50,737 nucleotides of DNA from Candidatus Peregrinibacteria bacterium (GCA_016196295.1 JACPYA010000041.1:1-50737); one strand, 5' to 3'; positions 1 to 9,411 are shown, counted from the stretch's first letter. Notes: a model not told the origin generated them from the sequence alone. Numbers and translations are program-made.

Positions 1-19
1 CCAACTGAGCTACGCCCCG
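1..19 (-). tRNA. 5' end of a tRNA running off the window (possibly Pro; anticodon not visible)
   Basis: Reverse complement reads CGGGGCG-TA-GCTC-AGTTGG, i.e. acceptor stem 5' strand and D-arm; a C1 start fits Pro or fMet. Confidence 0.6.
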
Positions 20-42
20 ATGGTTTGAAGGATTATCAGGAG

Positions 43-258
43 CCAACTGCCTGTCCTCCGTAGCCTTGGCGAAGGAGGAAGCTACGCCCCGATGTTGTAA
101 AAATGAAGGAAGGCTCCCGGACGCGCAAGCGCTTTATTTGACGGTTCGAATCTGCAGGCATATTCGAAGCCCAACTGAGCTACGTCGATGGCGTTGGACA
201 ATGAACAGAAGCTACTGCTGTCCTCAGAAGCCTTGGCGAAGGAGGAAGCTACGCCCGA
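43..258 (-). repeat. Three further copies of that tRNA 5' fragment, two interrupted by a ~30-bp palindrome
   Basis: ccaactg[cctgtcctccgtagccttggcgaaggagga]agctacgccccgatg at 43-94; ccaactgagctacg at 171-184; actg[ctgtcctcagaagccttggcgaaggagga]agctacgcccga at 214-258. Confidence 0.8.
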
Positions 259-280
259 ACTGGAGAAATGATACAGCATT

Positions 281-311
281 TTCGCACTTGGCACTTCGCA
301 CTTGGCACTTC
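281..311. repeat. Heptamer tandem array (GCACTT[G/C])x4
   Basis: gcacttg gcacttc gcacttg gcacttc immediately upstream of priA. Confidence 0.8.
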
Positions 312-322
312 ATCATGGCCGT

Positions 323-2449
323 ATGCGCTACCTCGTCCTCCCCTCGTCGCGCTCATCCGGGATTGGCAACGGGCTGACGTATGAGGCGAACGATGTGAAA
401 GTGGGATCGGCCGTGCGGGTCCCGCTTCGAAACAAACTGGTCGAAGGAATCGTGTTCGATGTTATACAGGAGAGAGCATCGGTGGAGTACGACGTGAAAC
501 AGGTGAAAGAAATTCTCGGAGATGCTCCTCTTCTGACCGATGTGCAGCTTCGGCTCGTTCGATGGGTAGCGGAGGAATACTGCTGTTCTCTTCGGGCCGC
601 GCTGAGTGTCTTTCTTCCGCCTCCTCCATGGTCTGCACTCCTGCCAGCGGACATTACTGGATATGCTCTCAAGGGATCGATCCCCGAACATTTGCGAAGC
701 AAAAAACAGATGCACGTCCTCGAATATTTGCAGGGTAAAGATTGGGTCTCCATCGATAATCTCAAAGGAGGGACGGGAGTGACGAAACCCGTCCTCGATG
801 CACTGTTGAAGCAAGACCTGATTGAAAAATCCCTCCAAAAGGAATCATCGACGGAAACCAAAAACCAAAAACCAAAAACAAATCAACCGATCCTCACGGA
901 AGCCCAAAAAAGCGCATATGAATCAATGAGGGCGGACCCCAGACCATCGCTTCTCTTTGGCATCACGGGAAGCGGAAAAACCGAGGTCTATGCCCAGCTG
1001 ATCGCCGATACGATTGAGGCGGGCAAGCAAGCGATCCTCCTCGTGCCGGAGATCCTCCTCACGGAACACTCCATTCATCGGTTCCGGAATCTGATCGATC
1101 CCGAATACATTGCCATCGTTCACAGCCGCCTGACGCCCTCGCAGCGACGCGAAACGTGGAAGAAGATTCATCGAGGCGAGATTTCCCTCGTCATCGGCTC
1201 CCGGAGCGCACTCTTCAGTCCACTCTCGAAGCTCGGCCTTGTCATCCTCGACGAGGAGCACGAGTGGACGTACAAGAATGAACAGACGCCGCGCTATCAC
1301 GCGCGCGAAACGGCAGACGCACTCTGTCGATTCACGGGCGCGAAGCTCGTGCTCGGGACGGCGACCCCGTCGCTCGAGTCGTGGGCGCGGGCAAAAGCCG
1401 GAAGGTATCATCTCGCGAGACTGCCGGAGCGATATAAGAATCAGCCGCTTCCGGCCGTGCGTGTCATTGATCTCGCAGAGGCGCGCTTCGGGGCGATGTA
1501 TCCCTTCTCTCCCCCACTGCTTACTGCCATCGAGGAGCGTCTGAAGAAAGGAGAGCAGTCCGTACTGTTTTTGAATCATCGCGGGACTGCAACATCGCTC
1601 CTCTGCCTGCAGTGCCGGCGGCGGATCGTCTCGCCCGAGTCGCAACTGCCATTCACTGTTCACGAAGGACGAGACGGAAAGCCGTTTTTGCTCGATCACA
1701 TCTCCGGCGTCAGCGCTCCGGTGCCAAGCGAATGCCCGTCCTGTCACTCGACAAATCTCCTCGCGGTCGGTGCAGGGACACAGAAGGTGGAAGCATTGCT
1801 GAGAAAACAATTCCCGACCGCCCGACTGCTGCGCGCAGACAGCGACACGCTCGAGCATCCCGAGCAGATGCGACTCCTCCTCGAAAAGATGCGCGACGGG
1901 CGCGCGGACATCTTGCTCGGCACACAATCGGTCGTAAAGGGTCTGGACCTTCCCAATGTCACGTTGGCAGCGGTCCTCGTCGCCGACATCGGACTCTCGC
2001 TCCCCCACTTCCGTGCCGGCGAACGCATCTTCCAGCTCCTCACGCAGCTCACAGGAAGGAGTGGGCGTGCGAAGCTGGGGGAGGTGATCATCCAGACCTT
2101 TCGTCCCAACGCTCCCGAAATTTTGGCTGCTGCAAAGCATAAAACGGAGCCCTACCTGGAGCAAGAACTGAAGCTGCGTCTGTATACCGGCTACCCGCCC
2201 GCGACCCGCATGATCCGGCTAATTTTCCGCGGGTCGGACGCGAAACTCCGTGCGGAGAAGCTGCACATCGCCGTTCTGCAGACCATCGCGCGCCAGTCTC
2301 TCACGGCAAAAGCGAGCGTCGCGCCCACACTCTTCGGAGCCGGGAAGGTGTGGCATGTCCTCCTCTCTTGTGAGGAGCCACGGAAGATTATTACACAATT
2401 GGATTTGACTGATGTGGTGATCGATGTGGATCCCATCGAATGTGTGTGA
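323..2449 (+). CDS. priA: Primosomal protein N' (replication restart helicase)
   Basis: GITGSGKTEVY Walker A, DEEHE, GTATPS, KGLDLPNVTL and QLTGRSGR motifs; ATG at 323 preferred over the TTG inside the heptamer array. Confidence 0.95.
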   Translation: MRYLVLPSSRSSGIGNGLTYEANDVKVGSAVRVPLRNKLVEGIVFDVIQERASVEYDVKQVKEILGDAPLLTDVQLRLVRWVAEEYCCSLRAALSVFLPPPPWSALLPADITGYALKGSIPEHLRSKKQMHVLEYLQGKDWVSIDNLKGGTGVTKPVLDALLKQDLIEKSLQKESSTETKNQKPKTNQPILTEAQKSAYESMRADPRPSLLFGITGSGKTEVYAQLIADTIEAGKQAILLVPEILLTEHSIHRFRNLIDPEYIAIVHSRLTPSQRRETWKKIHRGEISLVIGSRSALFSPLSKLGLVILDEEHEWTYKNEQTPRYHARETADALCRFTGAKLVLGTATPSLESWARAKAGRYHLARLPERYKNQPLPAVRVIDLAEARFGAMYPFSPPLLTAIEERLKKGEQSVLFLNHRGTATSLLCLQCRRRIVSPESQLPFTVHEGRDGKPFLLDHISGVSAPVPSECPSCHSTNLLAVGAGTQKVEALLRKQFPTARLLRADSDTLEHPEQMRLLLEKMRDGRADILLGTQSVVKGLDLPNVTLAAVLVADIGLSLPHFRAGERIFQLLTQLTGRSGRAKLGEVIIQTFRPNAPEILAAAKHKTEPYLEQELKLRLYTGYPPATRMIRLIFRGSDAKLRAEKLHIAVLQTIARQSLTAKASVAPTLFGAGKVWHVLLSCEEPRKIITQLDLTDVVIDVDPIECV

Positions 2450-2551
2450 AAAAAACGTACTACGGAACGGCTAAACGGATCGGCTGTAAAGAGAACTCGG
2501 TTTGGTGAGGGCGTCTCCGTACTATCCTACGGAAAATCCCCCTCCAACCCT

Positions 2552-3148
2552 ATGCAACTGCAGAAATATTTGGCGGAATTGCTCGGCACCTTCGCCCTCA
2601 CGCTCGCCGTATGGCTGTCGATCGGCTTCTCCATGCCGCTCAGCACCCCGCTCATCGCCGCGATCACGCTGGGCCTCTTTGTCTACACGGTCGGCCACGT
2701 GAGCGGAGCACACCTGAACCCCGCCATCACCTGCGCGCTCATCAGCATCAATAAGATCAAGCCGCAGGACGGAGCGCTCTACATCGTCGCGCAGTTTTTG
2801 GGAGCCATGCTCGCGATGATCGTCGGCCGGATGCTGACGGGCGAGACGGTGCAAGTCGGCGCAAGTAACTCCCTTGCCGTCGGAACAGCAGAGGCGCTCG
2901 GAGCCCTCTTCTTCGCCTTCGGCGTTGCATCCGTTGCCTACAAGAAAGTCCAGATGCCGGCATCTGGCATCGTCGTAGGCGGCTCCCTCCTCCTCGGTAT
3001 CTACGTCGCGCTCAGCCTCAGCAATGGCGTCTTGAACCCGGCCGTCGCGCTCGGCATCGGATCGCTGAACCCCATGTACATCCTCGGTCCCGTCATCGGG
3101 GCCGTCGCCGGTATGTGGGCGTTCCGGTTCCTCTCCGACGAAAAATGA
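2552..3148 (+). CDS. MIP family channel (aquaporin-like)
   Basis: AELLGTF, SGAHLNPA and second LNPA motif; multiple TM helices. Confidence 0.92.
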   Translation: MQLQKYLAELLGTFALTLAVWLSIGFSMPLSTPLIAAITLGLFVYTVGHVSGAHLNPAITCALISINKIKPQDGALYIVAQFLGAMLAMIVGRMLTGETVQVGASNSLAVGTAEALGALFFAFGVASVAYKKVQMPASGIVVGGSLLLGIYVALSLSNGVLNPAVALGIGSLNPMYILGPVIGAVAGMWAFRFLSDEK

Positions 3149-3189
3149 TCGCAGCCATGGAAGGTTGCTTTCCTTCATCATCTTGTTTG

Positions 3190-3669
3190 TTATAAACGAG
3201 AGCGCCCTTCCATGGGCGCGACTCTGATGTGGTAGAGGGCGATCCCCGCCGCGACCGCCACGTTCAATGATTCTTTCTTTCCGAGCATCGGGATTTTTAT
3301 GACCGCATCGCAGACAGAAAGGATATCCTCTGGCACGCCAGAGAGCTCGTGCCCCACGATGAGGCAGATCTTTTGTGGAGGATCGTAATCCTGTAGCTCG
3401 ATCGCATCGGGCGTGAGCTCCAGTGCGACGATTCTCCATCCTTGCTTCTTGAGAGCCTTCAATGTGTGCATGTGGTCCTCGGATTTCTCCCACTGAATGG
3501 TTTCCTCCGCGCCGAGAGCGGTCTTCGTGATTTCTTTGCGTGGCGGCGTTCCCGTGTACCTCGCGAGATAAATCTTCTCGACCGCGCAGGCATCGGCCGT
3601 CCTAAAAAATGACCCGACATTCCAGAGCGAGCGGACATTGTGGGCCATCAATCGGATGCGTCGATCCAT
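3190..3669 (-). CDS. SpoU/TrmH family RNA methyltransferase
   Basis: NVGSFFRTADA, VGHE..GV and IPMLGKKESLNVAVA SPOUT motifs. Confidence 0.92.
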   Translation of the reverse strand: MDRRIRLMAHNVRSLWNVGSFFRTADACAVEKIYLARYTGTPPRKEITKTALGAEETIQWEKSEDHMHTLKALKKQGWRIVALELTPDAIELQDYDPPQKICLIVGHELSGVPEDILSVCDAVIKIPMLGKKESLNVAVAAGIALYHIRVAPMEGRSRL

Positions 3670-4923
3670 CTAGAGGTCACTCATGCGTTCGAGCGTGCTC
3701 GCATGGGGATTTGCGAAGACTTCCAGGAGTGCGGACTTTTTGAGATCTTTCTCCGTGACATTGCGGCACGTGTAACAGATGCCCGTCTCGCTCCCCTTTC
3801 CGAATGCAGGCGCTCCGGTATCGGGGATGTCGCGTCGAAGCAGGCTGATGCCGGAAAAGAGTTCCTGCACCTGATCCTCTGTCAGCGGTTCTATTTTCTT
3901 TGCTTCGTTATTCCAGCGGTGCAGTGTTCCCTTCAGACGGACGTATGCGCGCTCCTTGTTGGGATTGAAGTGCCCTAGTTGCTTCAGAACCGACTCGTGG
4001 GACCCGGAGCCAAGCGTGATGTACTTCCACTGCTTCAGCGAGAGCTTGGGGGCAATACGATGTGCCGCTTGTTCCACGGTATGCTCCTCGTTGTTTGTGA
4101 TGATCGTATCGATGAAGATTTCGACGTCCTTCGCCTCTCTCCCCGGGACTTCCCATTTCCACTCGTACGTACTTCCCGGACTTGATGGTTTTTTACCCTT
4201 TTCGATCCAACGTTTCAGCGCGGCGAAATAAGGGGCCCCGTTTGGCGTGCGCTCCGGGTGCGGCATGAGTGCCACGACATTCCCCGCAGGATTGCAGATA
4301 CCGGCAATCGCAAACATCGATCCATTGGGCGTGACGATCGGATCGGTGGAAACATTCCCGTTCTCATCACAGTATTCGAATGCAATCTGCTTATTTTTTT
4401 TGAGTTCCTTGATGAGGTCCGGATCGCGCGTCGTGAAGCGCCCTTCCCCATGCGCGATCGGAAGGTGCATCACGCCATTCCAATCGGACGTTGCGCATCG
4501 ACTGCGATCACTGGGCTTGATCCAGACCCATTCATTCAGAAATCCAACACCGGTCCATGTGCCATTCTCTTCGATCGCGTTTCTCGCCAAGCTCATGTGA
4601 AGTCCGCGATCCAGCGGGATCAAGCCGCTCTCGACGAGGGTCTGCGCACCGTTGCAGTTCCCGATGATCGTCTTCCCCTTAGCGGCTTCGTCGCTTAAAA
4701 ACTTCATCAGCGGATCGCGCGCGGCGACCATGCCCGAACGTCCGCGATCTTCGTAACTGAATCCTCCGGGGATGAAGTATCCATCGATGTCTTTCAACTT
4801 TGCGTGATCGTCATTCCACCGGAAATACACCGCCTCCATTCCCGCGTTCTTGATCGCTCGCAGAGATTCCACCTCACAGTTGTTCCCGGGGAAGGAAACG
4901 ACGGCGACGCGAGAGGCTTTCAT
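3670..4923 (-). CDS. purQ: FGAM synthase glutaminase subunit with ~170-aa C-terminal extension
   Basis: FPGNNCE, PGGFSYED, GNCNGAQ, PIAHGEGRF and MPHPER motifs. Confidence 0.92.
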   Translation of the reverse strand: MKASRVAVVSFPGNNCEVESLRAIKNAGMEAVYFRWNDDHAKLKDIDGYFIPGGFSYEDRGRSGMVAARDPLMKFLSDEAAKGKTIIGNCNGAQTLVESGLIPLDRGLHMSLARNAIEENGTWTGVGFLNEWVWIKPSDRSRCATSDWNGVMHLPIAHGEGRFTTRDPDLIKELKKNKQIAFEYCDENGNVSTDPIVTPNGSMFAIAGICNPAGNVVALMPHPERTPNGAPYFAALKRWIEKGKKPSSPGSTYEWKWEVPGREAKDVEIFIDTIITNNEEHTVEQAAHRIAPKLSLKQWKYITLGSGSHESVLKQLGHFNPNKERAYVRLKGTLHRWNNEAKKIEPLTEDQVQELFSGISLLRRDIPDTGAPAFGKGSETGICYTCRNVTEKDLKKSALLEVFANPHASTLERMSDL

Positions 4924-5194
4924 GACGGAATGTTACCAGACGTCCTATGATTTTTCATTCCTTTCTTTTTCGCGAGCTGCTCGCACTTCGAGCAAGATTT
5001 GATCGTATATTCAACTATGATATTCATAGACGGATCTGGTGATGGGACTACCTTCGCCTTTTTCATCATGGCCTGCGTGTGCGATGCGCGCCTCGCTAAG
5101 TTTCAACCAGGCGATTTGATCAAGCTCTTTCAGATCAATGGAATAAGCATATCCATCTACTCATTTGATTCGCAATCCTTCATACTATTTATAG

Positions 5195-5252
5195 GCCCCC
5201 GTAGCTTCCGCCTTCGTCCCGCTCTTGCGGGACTACGGACGGACAGGAGTGG
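5195..5252 (+). pseudogene. 5' fragment of tRNA-Arg interrupted by a 41-bp palindromic insertion
   Basis: gcccccgtagct[tccgccttcgtcccgctcttgcgggactacggacggacagg]agtgg matches the start of the tRNA at 5292. Confidence 0.75.
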
Positions 5253-5291
5253 CTATAATCCTCTTCGATCGAACGATCTTTAGATTTCCGT

Positions 5292-5367
5292 GCCCCCGTA
5301 GCTCAGTGGATAGAGCAGTGGGTTTCTAACCCATTGGCCGTAGGTTCGATTCCTGCCGGGGGTACCA
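5292..5367 (+). tRNA. tRNA-Arg(TCT)
   Basis: 76-nt cloverleaf: GCCCCCG/CGGGGGT acceptor, GTGGG-ttTCTaa-CCCAT anticodon arm, GTTCGATTC, encoded CCA. Confidence 0.96.
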
Positions 5368-5374
5368 TTGTATT

Positions 5375-5605
5375 ATGCAGCGCATCGGAGTCTATATATT
5401 AGAAGGCAGAAGATTCTATGTTGGCAGCACGACAGATCTTGATCGCAGGCTTCTACAACACGAGAAAGGTCATACACATACTACAAAAAGAATCGGAAAA
5501 TGGGTTTTGAAGAAATTTTTCCCATGTGCTTCGGTCTCAGAAGCCAGAACTCTGGAGGCGCAGATCAAAAAATCAAAGAACATATCTAGATGGCTTACCG
5601 AATAG
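5375..5605 (+). CDS. Small GIY-YIG nuclease family protein
   Basis: GVYIL...FYVGST.DL.RRL..H..G...TT...E..IK; AT-rich relative to flanks. Confidence 0.9.
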   Translation: MQRIGVYILEGRRFYVGSTTDLDRRLLQHEKGHTHTTKRIGKWVLKKFFPCASVSEARTLEAQIKKSKNISRWLTE

Positions 5606-5662
5606 AGCAGCCCCGCATTTCTGCGGGGTTGGCCGTAGGTTCGATTCCTACCGGGGGTACCA
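5602..5662 (+). pseudogene. 3' part of tRNA-Arg with the anticodon arm replaced by a palindrome
   Basis: atagagcag[ccccgcatttctgcgggg]ttggccgtaggttcgattcctaccgggggtacca is near-identical to 5310-5367 outside the anticodon arm. Confidence 0.85.
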
Positions 5663-5732
5663 AATATTATCAACAATGACTGAATTGTCTTACCATACAC
5701 ATGTGGTGATTTTCTGGTATACTCCATCCGAT

Positions 5733-6275
5733 ATGAGTACCGATCAGAACTCGGCACCCGCCTCCTCGGGCGCTCCTGTTTCTCCGAGCGCACCGGCGAA
5801 GCCGGTACTCTCTCCGGAGCGAGACATCGAGGAGAACAAAGACCTCGCGGCCTTCAGTTACCTCTGGATCATGTCGGTGATCGTGTATTTCCTCAAAAAA
5901 GATTCGCCGTTCGTGCGTTTCCATAGCAAACAGGCGATGGTGCTCTTCGCGCTCACGATCCCCGTCTGGCTGATCCCCATTGCGCTCATCGGGCGGCTCC
6001 TGGAACTTCTGATCCTCGCGGGGATGATCATCGGCTTTCTCGGTGCCGCGCAGGGGCAGTGGAAGGACGTGCCGTTCATCGGACCGTTCTCGCGCGGGGA
6101 AACGACGCTCCGACAGTCGTGGCAGCAGCTCGTGGCGCGCAGCACGGGACTGTCAAAAGTGTTGAAGAGCATGTTTCGCAGGACGAAGAAGTATGTAGAT
6201 GCTGATGTCACGAAGAGTAAGAAAAATCAGGATACGAACTCTCCACCCCCCTCTGCTCCCCCCTCCTCTCTGTGA
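5733..6275 (+). CDS. DUF4870-like membrane protein
   Basis: AAFSYL...KDSPFVRFHSKQA, TM helices, G.WK.VPFIG. Confidence 0.75.
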   Translation: MSTDQNSAPASSGAPVSPSAPAKPVLSPERDIEENKDLAAFSYLWIMSVIVYFLKKDSPFVRFHSKQAMVLFALTIPVWLIPIALIGRLLELLILAGMIIGFLGAAQGQWKDVPFIGPFSRGETTLRQSWQQLVARSTGLSKVLKSMFRRTKKYVDADVTKSKKNQDTNSPPPSAPPSSL

Positions 6276-6395
6276 CCTACAAGCGCATCATCCGCCTGCG
6301 CGGTAAGCAACATCAGAGGTGTCGAAAAAATAATATGGCATTGATCGCCGATACCGCTTCGGCGAGAGTAAAGCCGCCATTTTTCTTATACTCTC

Positions 6396-7103
6396 ATGAA
6401 CTATAAACGCATTATGTTGAAGCTCTCCGGCGAAGTCTTCTCCGGTGACGAAGAGTACGGCATTCATCGGGCGGCATTCCTCGATACCGCGAAGCAGATT
6501 CAAGACGTCTACAAAACCGGCGTGCAGGTCGTGATCGTCGTCGGAGGCGGCAACATCTGGCGCTATCGCGACACCAAGGAAAATGGAATCGAAAGGACTG
6601 TCAGCGATGCGATGGGCATGCTCGCAACCGTCATGAACAGCGTCGCCCTGCAGGCCGCGCTCGAGTCCCTGGGCCTTGAAACACGCGTCCTTTCCGCCAT
6701 CGATATTCCACAGCTCGCAGAACCCTTCATCAAACGCCGAGCCCAGAGGCACCTGCAGAAGAACCGTATCGTCATCTGCGCTGGTGGGACGGGAAACCCG
6801 TACTTCACGACCGACAGTGCCGCCGCGCTCCGTGCGCTGGAACTCTCGTGCGATGTGCTCCTCAAAGCAACGAACGTCGATGGCGTCTATGACAAGGACC
6901 CGAACAAGCACAAGGATGCCGTCAAATACGACGAGCTCACGTTCCAGCAGGCGCTCGACAAGCACCTCGACATCATGGATCAAGCGGCCTTCAGCCTCTG
7001 TCAGGACCAGTCGCTCCCCATCGTCGTGTTCAATTTTATGAAAAAAGGATCGCTGCTCAAGGCCGCCAAAGGCGAGAAGATCGGAACATTTGTCCGCGCA
7101 TAG
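6396..7103 (+). CDS. pyrH: Uridylate kinase
   Basis: KRIMLKLSGE, VGGGNIWR, MGMLATVMN, GTGNPYFTTD, VDGVYDKDP. Confidence 0.97.
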   Translation: MNYKRIMLKLSGEVFSGDEEYGIHRAAFLDTAKQIQDVYKTGVQVVIVVGGGNIWRYRDTKENGIERTVSDAMGMLATVMNSVALQAALESLGLETRVLSAIDIPQLAEPFIKRRAQRHLQKNRIVICAGGTGNPYFTTDSAAALRALELSCDVLLKATNVDGVYDKDPNKHKDAVKYDELTFQQALDKHLDIMDQAAFSLCQDQSLPIVVFNFMKKGSLLKAAKGEKIGTFVRA

Positions 7104-7140
7104 AGTGAGTAGTGAGTAGTGAGTAGTTTGTAGTGAGTAG
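7101..7140. repeat. Left heptamer array (TAGTGAG)n of four-helix-bundle cassette 1
   Basis: tagagtgagtagtgagtagtgagtagtttgtagtgagtag; inverse array actactcactaccaactacccact at 7535-7558. Confidence 0.85.
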
Positions 7141-7164
7141 GAAACTTCTATACAGTGAACCGCT

Positions 7165-7560
7165 ATGCCCATTCAGAGCTATCGGGATCTTATTGTGTGG
7201 CAAAAGTCCATGGATCTTGTGACCCTCGTCTACAAACTGACCAAGGACTTTCCAAAAGATGAGTTGTACGGGCTAACGTCGCAAATGAGACGGAGTGCTG
7301 CATCCATTCCTTCCAATATTTCAGAAGGAAGCAGAAGATCTACACGCAAGGAGTTCAGAAGATTCCTCTGTATCGCTTATTCGTCAGGAGCTGAGCTGGA
7401 AACTCAATTAGAAATCGCTATTCGCCTCGAATATGGTAATCTGGTGTTCATTCAGGAAGCTCAAAATCTCCTTACAGAAATTATGAAGATGCTTAATAAA
7501 ATGACTTATTCACTCAAGCCAGCAGTCTCTGTTAACTACTCACTACCAACTACCCACTGA
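7165..7560 (+). CDS. Four helix bundle protein (23S rRNA IVS protein/Avd-like)
   Basis: SYRDLIVWQKSMDL, FPKDELYGLTSQMRRSAASIPSNISEG, S.AELETQL; inserted between pyrH and frr. Confidence 0.92.
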   Translation: MPIQSYRDLIVWQKSMDLVTLVYKLTKDFPKDELYGLTSQMRRSAASIPSNISEGSRRSTRKEFRRFLCIAYSSGAELETQLEIAIRLEYGNLVFIQEAQNLLTEIMKMLNKMTYSLKPAVSVNYSLPTTH

Positions 7561-7563
7561 TCC

Positions 7564-8106
7564 ATGTCCGACCCACGTATCGTCCAGTTTCATGCGGCTG
7601 CCGAAAAAGTACTCACGTTCCTACACGCTGAATATTCAAAATTGCAGACGGGACGCGCAAACGCATCGCTTATCGAGCACATCGAGGTCGATGCGTACGG
7701 GCAGAAACAGCCGCTCAAAACCATTGCCGGCATCAATGTCACGGATGCCCGTTCCATCGCCATCCAACCGTGGGACCGATCGATCATCGCCAATGTCGAG
7801 AAGGCGTTGCAGGTCGCCGATCTCGGCATCAATCCCGTCAATGACGGCGTCCTCGTGCGCATGAATTTCCCGCCGATGACGCAGGAACGCCGCGAGCAGA
7901 TCGTGAAGGTGGTCCATAAACTCGCCGAAGAAGCGAAAATATCGCTCCGCAAACACCGCCAGGACGTGCATGACTCCATTAAAGGGGAGAAGGACGAAGA
8001 CGTAAAAGAGACGCTGGTCGAGCAGCTGCAGAAAGAAGTGGATGCAGCGAACGCAAAAATCGTCGATTCGGCGAAGAAGAAAGAGCAGGAGGTGATGACT
8101 GTTTGA
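7564..8106 (+). CDS. frr: Ribosome recycling factor
   Basis: QTGRAN, AYGQ, IQPWD, LGINPVNDG, PPMTQERRE. Confidence 0.96.
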   Translation: MSDPRIVQFHAAAEKVLTFLHAEYSKLQTGRANASLIEHIEVDAYGQKQPLKTIAGINVTDARSIAIQPWDRSIIANVEKALQVADLGINPVNDGVLVRMNFPPMTQERREQIVKVVHKLAEEAKISLRKHRQDVHDSIKGEKDEDVKETLVEQLQKEVDAANAKIVDSAKKKEQEVMTV

Positions 8107-9126
8107 TCAATCTTGCAGATGCTCCGTGAAGAATTCTTTTGATTTCAGCATGAAGTCGCTCCACTGCGGGCCGAACTCATGGCCCTCGCCGGGATATTCG
8201 ACGTATTCGATTTCTTTTCCAAGTTGCGTCAGCATTTTCACGAGCTCGTCGGACCATTCCTTTGGAACATCTTTGTCGTTATCACCGTGAAAGACGAGCA
8301 CTGGCACGGCGATCTTCGAAAGATGATTCTTCGAGGAGAGTGCCTGCCAGAAGGCCGGATTTTCTTCGTAGCGTCCGTAGAGCTCTACGGTGCGATCGTC
8401 GTCATCGCGCCGGTCACGCCACCGCTCGAAGTTCTTCCAGGCGTCCGTGTGTACCGGTGCGTAGAGGACTGCGGCATCGACCGCGTCCGGATACGCAGTG
8501 ATGATGTTCTGCGTGATGCCCCCGCCCATCGAGTGGCCCAGCATCCCCACGCGACTCGCATCGATCGAGGGAATCTTTGCTTCGCGAATCGCGTCGATAC
8601 CGTTCAGAACGTCCATGCTGTACTCGAGTCCTGCATCATAGACCTTTCGCTCATCGGGGCTCTCGTCGCCGCCCGCATGGCCGCGATAGTCGCTGTGGAG
8701 CACGGCAAACCCGTTGCGGGCCAAGTAATCCTGCTCGCGCTTGAGTCCCCTGCCGTTCGTATAAATGTCACGGTCGATGTAGCCGTGATTGAGCAGCAGA
8801 AGCGGAAATGAACCCTGCCCCTTGGGAACGTTCAGAATGCCCGTGATCAGAAGACCATTGCTCCGATAGGAAATCGTGTATCGCGTGTAGAGCGCGTGAT
8901 CGCCGAGGACGTCCTCCAGACGGAAATCCGATCCCTCTAATCGCATGTTTCCGAAGGAATCGAGCGTCAGTTCCGGCGGAACCTGATGCAGTACGTCACT
9001 CGCAGAGGATGCGAATGAAGTTTCTGCAGACGATGAGCCATTCGTCGAAACCCCGGCATCGGTCGTCGCGACAGGATCGCAGCCGAGAAGCAACCCGAGC
9101 GTCCAGAGGATCAATGTCTTTTTCAT
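8107..9126 (-). CDS. Lipoprotein alpha/beta hydrolase (S9 peptidase-like)
   Basis: Signal peptide with LLGC lipobox, HGY, GHSMGG nucleophile elbow, HG.ND..VP, EGHEF. Confidence 0.85.
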   Translation of the reverse strand: MKKTLILWTLGLLLGCDPVATTDAGVSTNGSSSAETSFASSASDVLHQVPPELTLDSFGNMRLEGSDFRLEDVLGDHALYTRYTISYRSNGLLITGILNVPKGQGSFPLLLLNHGYIDRDIYTNGRGLKREQDYLARNGFAVLHSDYRGHAGGDESPDERKVYDAGLEYSMDVLNGIDAIREAKIPSIDASRVGMLGHSMGGGITQNIITAYPDAVDAAVLYAPVHTDAWKNFERWRDRRDDDDRTVELYGRYEENPAFWQALSSKNHLSKIAVPVLVFHGDNDKDVPKEWSDELVKMLTQLGKEIEYVEYPGEGHEFGPQWSDFMLKSKEFFTEHLQD

Positions 9127-9359
9127 CGCATGCGCTGCGGGCGTAACGCTCGATTCACGGCAAAGGCCAAGGCCGCTGAGTTCAGGAAGATCAGGAGCGG
9201 CAGAAGATAGTAAAACATGCGGCGTGGGTGAAAGGAATGCGACGCTACGAGCGCTCCAAAAAACTTTCAAGGCAAAAAGTGGAGATTTCCGTTCGCGAAA
9301 AAAATCTGCGTCAAAACTGCGAGCAGAGCATAGAAAATGCATTCTGCCGCAGAAAATCT

Positions 9360-9387
9360 TTGCAGAATTGCAAAGGAATCGTACAAT
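9360..9387 (+). promoter_or_regulatory. Putative sigma70 promoter for the small basic peptide
   Basis: TTGCAG-16 nt-TACAAT upstream of ATG 9412. Confidence 0.5.
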
Positions 9388-9411
9388 GGTTTTTTACCAT
9401 CTCTCTTTCCT

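Noticed and set aside
4985..5185. Possible gene fragment between purQ and tRNA-Arg
   Set aside because: Short open stretches with no recognisable family.
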